From Patescibacteria group bacterium (GTDB taxonomy: Bacteria > Patescibacteriota > JAQUNI01), in contig JAQUNI010000004.1 of the NCBI GenBank assembly GCA_028717685.1, positions 8,599 to 72,598 of the forward strand: DNA of 64,000 nucleotides. Direction: 5' to 3'. The position numbers and the translations under genes are program-made. The notes under the pieces are model-generated. The model had not been told where the DNA came from and ran no database searches. It saw only the letters and a list, made by a program, of their open reading frames with translations. Positions 46,882 to 56,318 of this stretch are shown in pieces (the stretch's first letter is position 1; every line of letters starts with the position of its first letter).

Positions 46882-47074
46882 AATTACGAAATTCATTTTT
46901 GTCTATTAGCGAGGAATTCTCCTCCCCTTGACCTGCGGGAGGTTTGGGAGGGGTCTAATAGATGAATATTCTCCCTCCCCCTCCCCGCCCGCCTCGCCTG
47001 AAGCGAAGCGATGGCGGGCAGGCATCTCCCCCTTCCGCCCAAGGCGGACAGGCAGGGCAGGGGGAGTGTAATCA
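46882..47074. repeat. MITE family A copy (full length, with the CGATGGCGGGCAGG module)
   Basis: aaattacgaaattcatttttgtctattagcgagg...ctccccttgacctgcggg...ccgcccgcctcgcctgaagcgaagcgatggcgggcagg...cagggggagtgtaatc. Confidence 0.65.
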
Positions 47075-47354
47075 AGCTTATCGCAATGACGAAGCATTTC
47101 GTAATCCAAGATTGGACAAAAAAAGTCTGGATAATGTTTTATAATCCAGACCTGTCTATTTAAAAAGGAATGAAAGTTTCTTGAGGCAGAAGTAGCAGAA
47201 GCGTAGAATCCTGCTGGCAATCCAAGCGAGGTAATGGGTTTTTATAATTTCGCTCAAGATTAATTTTTCATTCACCATATTTGCATCATCTCCTATCTTG
47301 TCCGAAGGATTTTTCAGAAAAGAACAATTAATTTTCCTGACTTAAAAGCGATTT

Positions 47355-49883
47355 TTAAAAATTATTTTTGTGCAAGCGGAAATAGGTTAATTTTACTCCT
47401 TCGCTCACAATAAAATATCCTATCACTAAAATACTGATGATCAATAGATGAGAAGCGCGAAGAGATGAAAATTGAAAAAACTTTTGCCCCAATTGGCTTA
47501 ATGGAAGCGCGAATGTGAAGAAGACGGCTAAAATGGCGAGGATCACCAACGGAATACTAGGCTTTCGGGCTTTCAGAAAAAATTTGTGGGTTCTAATGGA
47601 AAAGATGAGCACAATTTCCGCCAGCACGCTTTCCATAAACCAGAGGGTTTGAATGACGCCGGAACTACTATGGTAAAAAATGGCTAAAAAGATTACATCA
47701 AAAACCGTGGCTACGGCGCCCAGAAGAGCTACTAATAGAAACATCTTGCTAAATTGATACTTTTTCGGTCTTTTTAATTCGGCAAAGTCAACTCTGTCGG
47801 TAATCAGAGAAATTAAATAAAAGTCGGGCAGTAGATTGGCAAGCAGAATCTGCGCGGGGAGCATCGGTAAAAATGGCAAGAATAAAGAAATCAGGGCAAT
47901 GGAATAAAAATTACCAAAATTACTGGCTAAAACACATTTGATATATTTGTTAATATTCGCAAAAATGTGCCGTCCCTGTTGAATGCCCTGAATAATTACA
48001 TGGAGATTTTTTTCCAAAAGGATGATGTCGGCGTTTTCACGAGAGATATCAGCGGCTTGGCGCACCACGAGGGAAACATCGGCTGTTTTCAGGGCGGGAG
48101 CGTCATTCATCCCTTCTCCTAAAAAACCAACGGTATATTTTTTCTGCAGCGCCTGCACGATTTTAAATTTAGCGGTTGGAGAAATTCTGGCAAAAATACT
48201 GAATTTATCGCAAGCTTGTGAAAAATCGCGAGGGGAGAGGGAATTAAGCTCTGATCCTAAAATCACTTCTTTTTTCGCGTCCTGAATCAAACCTGCCTTC
48301 TTCCCCACTGCTCCCGCTACTTCAAAGCTATCCCCGGTTAAGATTTTTATTTTGACCCCGAGATCTTTAGCGAGCCCTAACGCTTGATAGGCTGATTTTT
48401 TCAAAGGATCGCTAAAGATGAAGTAGCCTAAAAAATTCAGTTCCTTTTCTTCTTTTTTCAGAGAAAGCTTTTTGGATATTTCTTTGTAGGCTACCACTAA
48501 AGCCCTCTGACCTTCCTGGCCTTTCTTTTGAATTTGTTTTTCAATTGTTTCTTTATTTAATTTTCCGGGAAAGGTCGCGCAAAGCTTGAGCACAGTTTCA
48601 GGCGCCCCATTCACAACAAGAAGATATTTATCGCTCCCTTTTTCTTTAAATAAACCGCTTTCCCGGAACCGAAAGGAATCAAAGGGCAGGGAAGTAATTT
48701 TTTTGAACTCTTTTAATTCCCGCGCCATCTTAATTTTAGAAGGAACTTTTTGATAAATCGCCCTGTCAAAAGAATTTTCTCCTTCCGCGTTCCCTTCCTG
48801 ATATGAGGAGAGAAGCAAAGCGTAAAGGAAACATTGATCCCGCTCTTTGGAAACAACATCTTGCAAAGTGAGTTTTCCTTCCGTAATGGTGCCTGTCTTA
48901 TCCGCGCAGAGCATTTCAATATTTCCCAAATCTTCAATCGCCGCCAATCTTTTGACAACCATATTTTTCTTGGCTAGTTTTAAAGCGCCGCGAGACAAAG
49001 CGAAAGTGGTAATGAGAGGCAAAGCTTCGGGAATAATACTGACGATCAAAGCGATGCAGAAAATGAGAAAATCAAAAAAATGATTTAGACCTCTTGAAAT
49101 AAGATAAACTAGAAATATGGCGGCGATGGTCGGCACAACGACTTTAATAATAGACTTGCTAAAATCAAATAACTTTTTTTCATAGATACTTTGTTTGGGT
49201 TTTTGGGTGCTTAATTTGGCAATCGCGCCCCAAAGGGTGTTTTTTCCCGTAGCCACTACCACTCCCCTTCCTTCACCCGAGATAACCTCTGTGCCGCAAA
49301 AAATAATGTTTTTAGCTTGGAAGATTTCTTCTGTTTTCATTTTTAAGGCAGTTGGATTTTTGGCAATTGGCGTCGCTTCGCCGCTTAAAACTTCCTCGTT
49401 GATCCAAAAATTTACCCCTTTGAGCATTCTTAAATCCGCCGGCGCGATATCTCCGGCGGCGAGGAGAATAATATCTCCCGGCACCAAGTATTTTTTGTCA
49501 AGGAGCATTTCTTTGCCGTCCCGCAGAACCTTAGATGTTTCAGGAATAAAACCTTGGAGAATTTTGGCGGCTTGGTTGGCGCGCAATTCTTGGATGAAGC
49601 CGAATAAAACATTTAAGACAATAAAAAACGCGATAACTATCCCTTCTGTGATTTCTTTAGTGAGGAAAGCGAAAACGGCGGCGAAAAATAAAAGATAAAA
49701 AAAGGCATATTTAAATTGCCTTAAAAAAACATCAAGAAGATTTGTCCTCTTGGTTTTAATTTCATTTAAACCAATCTCACCAAGGAGACCTGCCGCCTGC
49801 GCCTGGCTCAAGCCATTTTGAGAAGAATCCAACTCCTTGAAGACCTCACTAATTTTTTGATTTGTATATTGAAAGAATTGCAT
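47355..49883 (-). CDS. Cation-transporting P-type ATPase (type II/III; Mg2+/Ca2+-ATPase-like)
   Basis: 'CADKTGTITEG' phosphorylation site, 'GEGMNDAPALKTADVS' hinge motif, about 10 TM, 842 aa. Confidence 0.85.
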   Translation of the reverse strand: MQFFQYTNQKISEVFKELDSSQNGLSQAQAAGLLGEIGLNEIKTKRTNLLDVFLRQFKYAFFYLLFFAAVFAFLTKEITEGIVIAFFIVLNVLFGFIQELRANQAAKILQGFIPETSKVLRDGKEMLLDKKYLVPGDIILLAAGDIAPADLRMLKGVNFWINEEVLSGEATPIAKNPTALKMKTEEIFQAKNIIFCGTEVISGEGRGVVVATGKNTLWGAIAKLSTQKPKQSIYEKKLFDFSKSIIKVVVPTIAAIFLVYLISRGLNHFFDFLIFCIALIVSIIPEALPLITTFALSRGALKLAKKNMVVKRLAAIEDLGNIEMLCADKTGTITEGKLTLQDVVSKERDQCFLYALLLSSYQEGNAEGENSFDRAIYQKVPSKIKMARELKEFKKITSLPFDSFRFRESGLFKEKGSDKYLLVVNGAPETVLKLCATFPGKLNKETIEKQIQKKGQEGQRALVVAYKEISKKLSLKKEEKELNFLGYFIFSDPLKKSAYQALGLAKDLGVKIKILTGDSFEVAGAVGKKAGLIQDAKKEVILGSELNSLSPRDFSQACDKFSIFARISPTAKFKIVQALQKKYTVGFLGEGMNDAPALKTADVSLVVRQAADISRENADIILLEKNLHVIIQGIQQGRHIFANINKYIKCVLASNFGNFYSIALISLFLPFLPMLPAQILLANLLPDFYLISLITDRVDFAELKRPKKYQFSKMFLLVALLGAVATVFDVIFLAIFYHSSSGVIQTLWFMESVLAEIVLIFSIRTHKFFLKARKPSIPLVILAILAVFFTFALPLSQLGQKFFQFSSLRASHLLIISILVIGYFIVSEGVKLTYFRLHKNNF

Positions 49884-49902
49884 TAACCAAAGACAGAAAT
49901 GC

Positions 49903-50517
49903 TTACGTGTCTAAATATTTGTTTATAAACTTATTAATGTCATCCCGCACGCGGGTAATTATTTCTTCACCATTAATAATATGCAAATTTTTTTCTTTCT
50001 GCGCGATATCAAGATAATTTTTTCTTACCTTTTCCAATATCGCTTTGCGTTCAAATAATTCAACATTGTAGCGGATTTTTTTCATTCGTTCCATGGCTGT
50101 CTCCGCGGTCACGTCAATTAAGAAAGTCAGATCCGGTCTTCTGAATTTCTTATTAATTTTGTAAATCCATTCTTGGTCGCAATCAATAGAGCCATACGCG
50201 ATAGAAGACAGGTAGTAACGATCGCAAATTACAATGTAGTGGTCGCGAAGCGCCGGTTCTATTACCTGGCTTAAATGATGGGCGCGGTCGGCGGCGAATA
50301 ATAGCTGTAAACCGTCCGGCGTTGTTTTCCAATCGCCGGTTAAGCAACCGCGGATGAGCCCCCCGATAATATTATTAGTCGGCTCTTTGGTGATTAAAAT
50401 TTTTTGCTCCGGCTTTTCATTGCGCAGATAGCCCGCCAATAAATCTACCTGCGTGGTGGTGCCCGCTCCGTCTAGCCCTTCAAAGACGATAAAAAGAGAT
50501 TTTTTTTCTTGAGGCAT
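49903..50517 (-). CDS. tmk: Thymidylate kinase
   Basis: 'IVFEGLDGAGTTTQ' P-loop and a 'DRY' motif. Confidence 0.85.
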   Translation of the reverse strand: MPQEKKSLFIVFEGLDGAGTTTQVDLLAGYLRNEKPEQKILITKEPTNNIIGGLIRGCLTGDWKTTPDGLQLLFAADRAHHLSQVIEPALRDHYIVICDRYYLSSIAYGSIDCDQEWIYKINKKFRRPDLTFLIDVTAETAMERMKKIRYNVELFERKAILEKVRKNYLDIAQKEKNLHIINGEEIITRVRDDINKFINKYLDT

Positions 50518-50534
50518 ATTATTTGAAAAAATTA

Positions 50535-51059
50535 TTACCAGTTTCTATAGCCAGCCGTATAGCTTGCCCATGCCCAACAAATTCTTACAGGATCAATAAT
50601 GTTTTTGTACACAGGGTTAGAACAATTTTCCGGAACATGGATAAGGAGTTTGTAGTCAGTGCCATTAGAGGCATATAAATAATCCCTGCCCACAGAACAA
50701 TCCCCTTGAGGATCGGAGGGTAAGGCGGGGATGAATTCGGGGGCTAAGCCGGGAATCCAATTAGGGCTCGCGGGACCATAACAGCCTAGTTTGCTTGTCC
50801 AAGCGGTAGCTACGGGATAGGCATTATATTTATCATAATACATTTCCAAAGCAGTGGTGAGATTTTTGAGATCCGAAGACCTTTTTACATCTCTTGCTTT
50901 TGCTCTGGCGCTGTTTACTGAAACGGCGACAATGGTTGCTAAGAGTCCAATTATGGCAATAACAACTAAAAGTTCAATTAGGGTGAACCCAGTTGGAAAT
51001 TTATACTTTTTAAAATGACGTTTTTTACTTCCTATTATTCCTAACGGGGATGATAGCAT
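50535..51059 (-). CDS. Type IV pilin / pseudopilin (prepilin with class III signal peptide)
   Basis: 'G|FTLIELLVVIAIIGLLA' prepilin cleavage/methylation motif. Confidence 0.75.
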   Translation of the reverse strand: MLSSPLGIIGSKKRHFKKYKFPTGFTLIELLVVIAIIGLLATIVAVSVNSARAKARDVKRSSDLKNLTTALEMYYDKYNAYPVATAWTSKLGCYGPASPNWIPGLAPEFIPALPSDPQGDCSVGRDYLYASNGTDYKLLIHVPENCSNPVYKNIIDPVRICWAWASYTAGYRNW

Positions 51060-51164
51060 AAATTATTTTTGTAATTATAATAATTCATTTTTAATACCGA
51101 ATTTTCAGTTATTTTTTGGCTGGCGGCACGGAATTCAATACAGCGCAAAAGATTGAATAGAATA

Positions 51165-51713
51165 CTACCAAGAACTGCAAGCAGGCTCCCCGCTACACAA
51201 CATCCATGCCCAAGTAGGGCGTATGGGATCGTAAAATGGCTGGCCTACGCTTGGGAAACTTTCCGGTCCATTTGCATGAGAAAGTAGTTTGTAATTTGTT
51301 CCATTCGAGGCGTAGAGATACCCAGACCAACCACTGGTATCTCCCCGCGGATCAATGGGTAAAACAGAAATGTAGGTAGGAGTTAATCCTGGTATATATG
51401 CGTTCGCGCCGCTTGTAGCTCGGCTTCCGCCATTCGCACTTACGCCCCACCAGTTACCGCCAGTCGATGGATACGCATTATTGCTATCAAAATATAATTC
51501 TAAAGCAGTTTGCAGTTGTTTCAGATCAGCTTTGCGTTTGGTATCTCTTGCTTTTGCTCTGGCGCTGTTTACTGAAACGGCGACAATGGTTGCTAAGAGT
51601 CCAATTATGGCAATAACAACTAAAAGTTCAATTAGGGTGAACCCCCTCAAAGAATATTTGACATCTGACTTCTGACATTTGACACTAAAAGGAGATTTTA
51701 TCAGCTTATTCAT
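51165..51713 (-). CDS. Type IV pilin / pseudopilin paralog
   Basis: Same 'GFTLIELLVVIAIIGLLATIVAVSVNSARAKARD' N-terminal domain. 102 nt are nucleotide-identical to 50889-50990. Confidence 0.75.
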   Translation of the reverse strand: MNKLIKSPFSVKCQKSDVKYSLRGFTLIELLVVIAIIGLLATIVAVSVNSARAKARDTKRKADLKQLQTALELYFDSNNAYPSTGGNWWGVSANGGSRATSGANAYIPGLTPTYISVLPIDPRGDTSGWSGYLYASNGTNYKLLSHANGPESFPSVGQPFYDPIRPTWAWMLCSGEPACSSW

Positions 51714-51738
51714 AAATTGATTTTTTTATTTTTTTTGT

Positions 51739-51778
51739 GGGCTCCACAGCCCTCCCTTCGGTCGGGACTATGGAGTCC
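51739..51778. repeat. Hairpin repeat family B copy
   Basis: gggctccacagccctcccttcggtcgggactatggagtcc. Confidence 0.55.
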
Positions 51779-51805
51779 ACAGAGAATTAAAAAATAAAAA
51801 AATAC

Positions 51806-52057
51806 TTAGAGCAGGCCTTCATAAGCCGAGGAAAAACTTTTTAGCATAAAAGGAATCGCAATCAAAAGACCAATCAGCGGCAAAACAACCATCCCCACCT
51901 GGATAATTGTGTTCCAAAGGATGTATTTGCGGGTTTTCTCCGCTGCTTCCGCCGCCCTCTTGCTATACATTAGGATTTGGTCTATCTTGTCTTGCGGGCT
52001 TTGCGGAAGCCTATTTTCTATTTCTTTTTTTATTTCTGAACCTAAGATTGTGGGCAT
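51806..52057 (-). CDS. Small membrane protein, hypothetical
   Basis: 83 aa. C-terminal hydrophobic segment 'IIQVGMVVLPLIGLLIAIPFML'. Confidence 0.4.
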   Translation of the reverse strand: MPTILGSEIKKEIENRLPQSPQDKIDQILMYSKRAAEAAEKTRKYILWNTIIQVGMVVLPLIGLLIAIPFMLKSFSSAYEGLL

Positions 52058-52084
52058 AATATAAAGCTAAAAGCGAAAAGTAAG

Positions 52085-53368
52085 TTAAAATAATTTTTCT
52101 TGGATTTTCTTTTTTACTTTAGGGCTTTGGACTTTAATCTTGCCATATATGCCGTCATAACCAGGAATAACCTCCACTTTCCCCAGCCGGGTGTTAATAA
52201 TCGCTTGGGCAATTTCGGGAGTGGTGGCGCGGAGCAAGCCTTCCGCATTCACATTAAGTAAAATCGCAAATTCATTACGATGTTCGCGGATTAACGCGAA
52301 ATATTTTTCATTTACCCCCCGCGTGCCTACTCCGATTCCTATCGCATCCGCAATGATTTCCTCCAAGGGAATAAGATTTTTGAAAGGAATGCTGTTTTCG
52401 GGTATAAAACCTTGGGGGCGATCCGCTAAATCGTCCACGCGATGCAGGACGCCAATCGTGAGCGGCCGATGGCAAACAGGACAGATATTATTTTTTGCTT
52501 TAGAATCTTGGGGATTTAAAGAAACATCACAAGCCGCGTGACCATCGTAATGGTACTTGCCTTCCTCGGGAAAAAATTCCACTGTGAATAAAAATTGGTT
52601 TTTATCTTTGGTTTCCAGCGCCTTCTTAATTTCATTATAACTCATTTTACAATTTAACGCATTAGCCTCTCTGCCGATCTTGCGCGGCGAATGGGAATCC
52701 GAATTAGAAATGATAGCAATTTTGTCTAAGGCGGATAATCTCCAATTCATCGCGGGATCGCTTGATAAACCACTTTCTATCGCGTGAATATAGGGAGAAT
52801 ACTCTTCAAAACATTCTTCTAACCGATCAAAGCCGGAACGGGATCCAAAAAGCGAAAACCAAGGCGTCCAAATATGAGCGGGGACGATCATACAATCCTT
52901 AGAAATCGCCATTATCCGTCCCGCTAAATCCTTCGCGTCTAAGCCCAGGATCGGGCGACCGTCCGACTTTAAATTAAATTCCCAAGCTAGATTTGTATTA
53001 ATCTCTTCCGCGACTTCCAGGGAAGGAGCAAAAATAATATTGTGAATGCGGTAGGTTTTGCCGTGTTTCCCGTAAATTGAGGAAAGCTCGGTTGTTAGAA
53101 TAAAGCGGGTGGATGCAGGGTGCGGAAGCGCATAGGGCACTCCTTCCATTTGGCTCTTTTGATATTTGTCTTTTAAAACGAAAAGACCGGGCTCTGCTGG
53201 TTCCAGTTTTAGAGCTAGCTCGCGAAACCACTCGGGATGGGTAAAATCGCCCGTGGAAATCACATTGATTCCTTTCACCTTTGCCCAATAATTTAAATGC
53301 TCTAAATCCATATCGCGCGATGTGGCGCGGGAATATTTGGAATGGATATGAAAATCGGCGAGAAACAT
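52085..53368 (-). CDS. PHP-domain nuclease, endonuclease Q-like
   Basis: N-terminal 'ADFHIHSKYSRATS...VISTGDFTHPEW' PHP metal motifs. Zn-finger 'CPVCHRPLT' near the C-terminus, as in archaeal EndoQ. Confidence 0.5.
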   Translation of the reverse strand: MFLADFHIHSKYSRATSRDMDLEHLNYWAKVKGINVISTGDFTHPEWFRELALKLEPAEPGLFVLKDKYQKSQMEGVPYALPHPASTRFILTTELSSIYGKHGKTYRIHNIIFAPSLEVAEEINTNLAWEFNLKSDGRPILGLDAKDLAGRIMAISKDCMIVPAHIWTPWFSLFGSRSGFDRLEECFEEYSPYIHAIESGLSSDPAMNWRLSALDKIAIISNSDSHSPRKIGREANALNCKMSYNEIKKALETKDKNQFLFTVEFFPEEGKYHYDGHAACDVSLNPQDSKAKNNICPVCHRPLTIGVLHRVDDLADRPQGFIPENSIPFKNLIPLEEIIADAIGIGVGTRGVNEKYFALIREHRNEFAILLNVNAEGLLRATTPEIAQAIINTRLGKVEVIPGYDGIYGKIKVQSPKVKKKIQEKLF

Positions 53369-53505
53369 AAACCAATTTTTAATTTTAAATTCTAAATTTT
53401 AAATCAAATCCAAATTTTAAATTCTTAATTTTAAAACTTTTTTTCTTTGTTTTAAAATTTAAAATTCAAGCATTTAAAATGGACTTAAAATTAAAAATTT
53501 AGAAT

Positions 53506-54822
53506 TTAAAATTTTTTAACCTCCGGATTTAATTTTTCCTTTATGTTTTTTTCCAATCCCCTCTCCGTTGGCTTATAGAAGACTGTTCCTGTAATTTCAT
53601 CAGGCAAATGCTGCTGGGAAATTTCCGCGTCCGGAAAATTATGGGCGTAGCGATAACCCTTGCCATAACCCCATTTTTTCATTAAATGCGTGGGCGCGTT
53701 GCGGATCACCAAAGGGACAGCCAGGGCACCTGTGTCTTTGATTGTTTTTTTTACCTTTTGGTAGGCAGAATATAAAGCATTGGACTTAGGAGCGCAGGCT
53801 AGATGCACGACAGCTTGCGCGAGCGCCAACTCACATTCGGGCATCCCCACAAAATGGCAGGCTTCCTTGGCGGCGACAGCCACGAGAAGCGCGTGAGGGT
53901 CGGCTATACCCACATCTTCAGACGCGAAACGGATCAAGCGCCGCGCGATATATAAAGGGTCTTCGCCCGCTTCCAACATTCTTCCGAGCCAGTAGAGTCC
54001 GGCTTGGGGATCAGAATCACGCAGGGATTTATGGAGAGCGGAAATAATATTATAGTGTTCTTCTCCGTCTTTATCATATAATAACAATTTTTGTTGCAGG
54101 GCATTCTGGACGGTTTTGAGATTAATTTCGCGCATGCCGCCTTTTTTCAAAGTAGCCACTTTAAAGCTTAGTTCCAAGGTGTTTAAGGCAATACGGGCAT
54201 CGCCCTGCGCTTCTTTAGCAAGATATGCTAAAGCTTCCGGCAAGATTTTAATCTTAAATCTGCCTAACCCTTTTTCTTTATCAGCCAGAGCCTGTTCTAA
54301 AATAAATTTAATATTACTATCGGACAATGGCTTTAAGATATAAACTTGAGAACGGGAAAGCAAGGGATTGATTACTTCAAAGGAAGGATTTTCGGTGGTG
54401 GCGCCAATTAAAGTAATCGTGCCATTCTCCACATGCGGCAAAAAGGCATCTTGCTGCGCTTTATTAAAACGGTGGATTTCGTCCACAAAGACGATAGTTT
54501 TGCATTTGCGAAAATTCCAATCATCCTTGGCTTTACGGATTACCACTCTTAAATCTTTAATGCTGCTTGTTACCGCGGGAAAGGGAACAAAATTGGCGCG
54601 CGTTTTATGGGCGATAATTTTGGCTAAAGTGGTCTTACCGGATCCAGGTGGACCCCAGAAAATCAGGGAACTTAAATTATCCGCCACTATAGCGCGGCGC
54701 AGGGTTTTACCTCTGCCCACAATCTCCTCCTGACCGACAAAATAATCTAAATCTTGAGGCCGCATCCGCTCTGCCAAAGGCATAGTCACGTTATTTTCTC
54801 CTTGATGGTTGAATAAATCCAT
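53506..54822 (-). CDS. rarA: Replication-associated recombination protein A (AAA+ ATPase)
   Basis: 'FWGPPGSGKTTLAKIIA' Walker A, 'IVFVDEIHRFNKAQQD' Walker B/sensor, MgsA C-terminal domain. Confidence 0.85.
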   Translation of the reverse strand: MDLFNHQGENNVTMPLAERMRPQDLDYFVGQEEIVGRGKTLRRAIVADNLSSLIFWGPPGSGKTTLAKIIAHKTRANFVPFPAVTSSIKDLRVVIRKAKDDWNFRKCKTIVFVDEIHRFNKAQQDAFLPHVENGTITLIGATTENPSFEVINPLLSRSQVYILKPLSDSNIKFILEQALADKEKGLGRFKIKILPEALAYLAKEAQGDARIALNTLELSFKVATLKKGGMREINLKTVQNALQQKLLLYDKDGEEHYNIISALHKSLRDSDPQAGLYWLGRMLEAGEDPLYIARRLIRFASEDVGIADPHALLVAVAAKEACHFVGMPECELALAQAVVHLACAPKSNALYSAYQKVKKTIKDTGALAVPLVIRNAPTHLMKKWGYGKGYRYAHNFPDAEISQQHLPDEITGTVFYKPTERGLEKNIKEKLNPEVKKF

Positions 54823-54982
54823 TATATTTATATAATACAGTTTTAAGCTCGCTTTTCTCTTATTTTAGAACATTTATCAGGAAATTTCAACGTTAAGATA
54901 ATAAAAATCCAAATTATATTAGAAATAAAGATTTTATGCTATGATAAGATTAAAATATTCTTTTTTATTGGTGAGATAAATT

Positions 54983-55900
54983 ATGCGGCGAAAGAACAAA
55001 ATTATTATTCTTGCGGCTGTTTTGATAGTCATCCTTTTTGGGTTTTGGGAATTTTTGGCACGCGATCAAGGAGTTAATTTTATTATAGAAGGCAAGCGGG
55101 AGACAGTGCATTTGCCCCGTTTTCCAGGAATGCAATTAATTTCCTCCCAAAAAGGCGAGTGCTCTTTTGAGGCGAGCTATGCTTATCGCTTTTATAAAGG
55201 CAGAAATTTGTCTAAATACGTGATTGATTCTTTGAAAGAAGGTTTTATTCTGAAAAGTTGGGAAATGAAAGATGCGCGAGATGAAGAAGGGTTCAATGTC
55301 TTTGAATTTTATAAAGAAAAAGATGGGAAATTGGAAACAGTAGAGCTTAAGATTGGTTTTCAAGAAAACAAAGGAACTGTTGTTTTTTTAAATTACAAAC
55401 GACCGCCTTGCTCGGAAAGTAAAAAGGAGAGAGCGACAAACAAAATAATCTTGCAACTCTATTTTAATAATAGTAATTTTAATCCCAATCTGGAGGATTG
55501 CCGCAAGGTTTATCCGGTGACGCGGGAATTTGATAAAATACCGGAAAATATAGCCCTGCAGTCTCTTACAGAACTTTTGAAAGGACCTTCTCCCGAGGAG
55601 ATTTCTCAAGGTTACATCTCATTTTTTTCGGAAAAAACTAAACTTATTTTAAAAGAATTGAAAATAAAAGACGAAACGGCTTATGTCAATTTTTACGATT
55701 TTCGGAGTATTATTCCCAATGTCAGCGCTAGCTGCGGCAGCGCGGAATTTATGGCTGAGATAGAGACTACTTTAAAGCAATTCCCCAATATCAAAAAAGT
55801 TATTTTTGCCATTGAAGGCAAACCAGCAGTATTTTATGAATGGGTACAGCTAGGCTGCACTGAAGAAAATAATAACTGCGACGGAAGACCGTTTCAATAA
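54983..55900 (+). CDS. GerMN-domain secreted/membrane-anchored protein
   Basis: N-terminal TM anchor. 'LTELLKGPSPEEISQGYISFFS...AYVNF' matches the GerMN domain pattern. Confidence 0.5.
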   Translation: MRRKNKIIILAAVLIVILFGFWEFLARDQGVNFIIEGKRETVHLPRFPGMQLISSQKGECSFEASYAYRFYKGRNLSKYVIDSLKEGFILKSWEMKDARDEEGFNVFEFYKEKDGKLETVELKIGFQENKGTVVFLNYKRPPCSESKKERATNKIILQLYFNNSNFNPNLEDCRKVYPVTREFDKIPENIALQSLTELLKGPSPEEISQGYISFFSEKTKLILKELKIKDETAYVNFYDFRSIIPNVSASCGSAEFMAEIETTLKQFPNIKKVIFAIEGKPAVFYEWVQLGCTEENNNCDGRPFQ

Positions 55901-56125
55901 TATATAGCCTCTTAAACAAAGGCTGGGTATTTTGGGGTAAAAACTAAAAAGGCTAGATTAATGGTCATCTTAGCCTTTTTATTTTCAGAATAGTTCGGTT
56001 TGTCTATATTTTATTTTGGATTATTTTATTCCGTCTATTGTTTTATTTCATTCTATACCAAAATAAACGGCAAGTATAATCTTGTTTTTATATTTTCTTA
56101 TCCGAAAGGATTCTTCAGAAAATTA

Positions 56126-56263
56126 TTATTGTGGCGGGGTGGGCATTGTAGGACCGGCGCCTTCGCCACCGCCTCCTTTATTGCCTTTTTTCTTCACAAT
56201 CCAAATAATAATCAGAATGACCACAATGGCGATTAAAATCCATAATATCCAAGTGAGAGACAT
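56126..56263 (-). CDS. Small single-TM protein (45 aa), not in the ORF track
   Basis: MSLTWILWILIAIVVILIIIWIVKKKGNKGGGGEGAGPTMPTPPQ. Strong SD GGAGGTGA 7 nt upstream of the ATG. Confidence 0.4.
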   Translation of the reverse strand: MSLTWILWILIAIVVILIIIWIVKKKGNKGGGGEGAGPTMPTPPQ

Positions 56264-56318
56264 ATAATCACCTCCTCTCTAAAGTATGAATAAGGAATTA
56301 GGAATATTTTATTTTTAT

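Noticed and set aside
46893-47220. ORFs 46893..47075(-), 46906..47220(-), 46962..47144(+), plus 45657..45947(+) and 42559..42996(+)
   Set aside because: All overlap MITE family A copies on both strands. The same low-complexity peptides (PPPPSPPRAGG...) recur wherever the repeat occurs.
6064-49698. Numerous 60-170-aa ORFs antisense to or inside long well-supported genes (e.g. 6064..6333, 9179..9490, 10905..11126, 11245..11583, 38355..38642, 49195..49698, 54368..54733)
   Set aside because: They are embedded in genes with strong family signatures on the other strand or frame. They have no SD or motifs and their composition mirrors antisense of real coding sequence.
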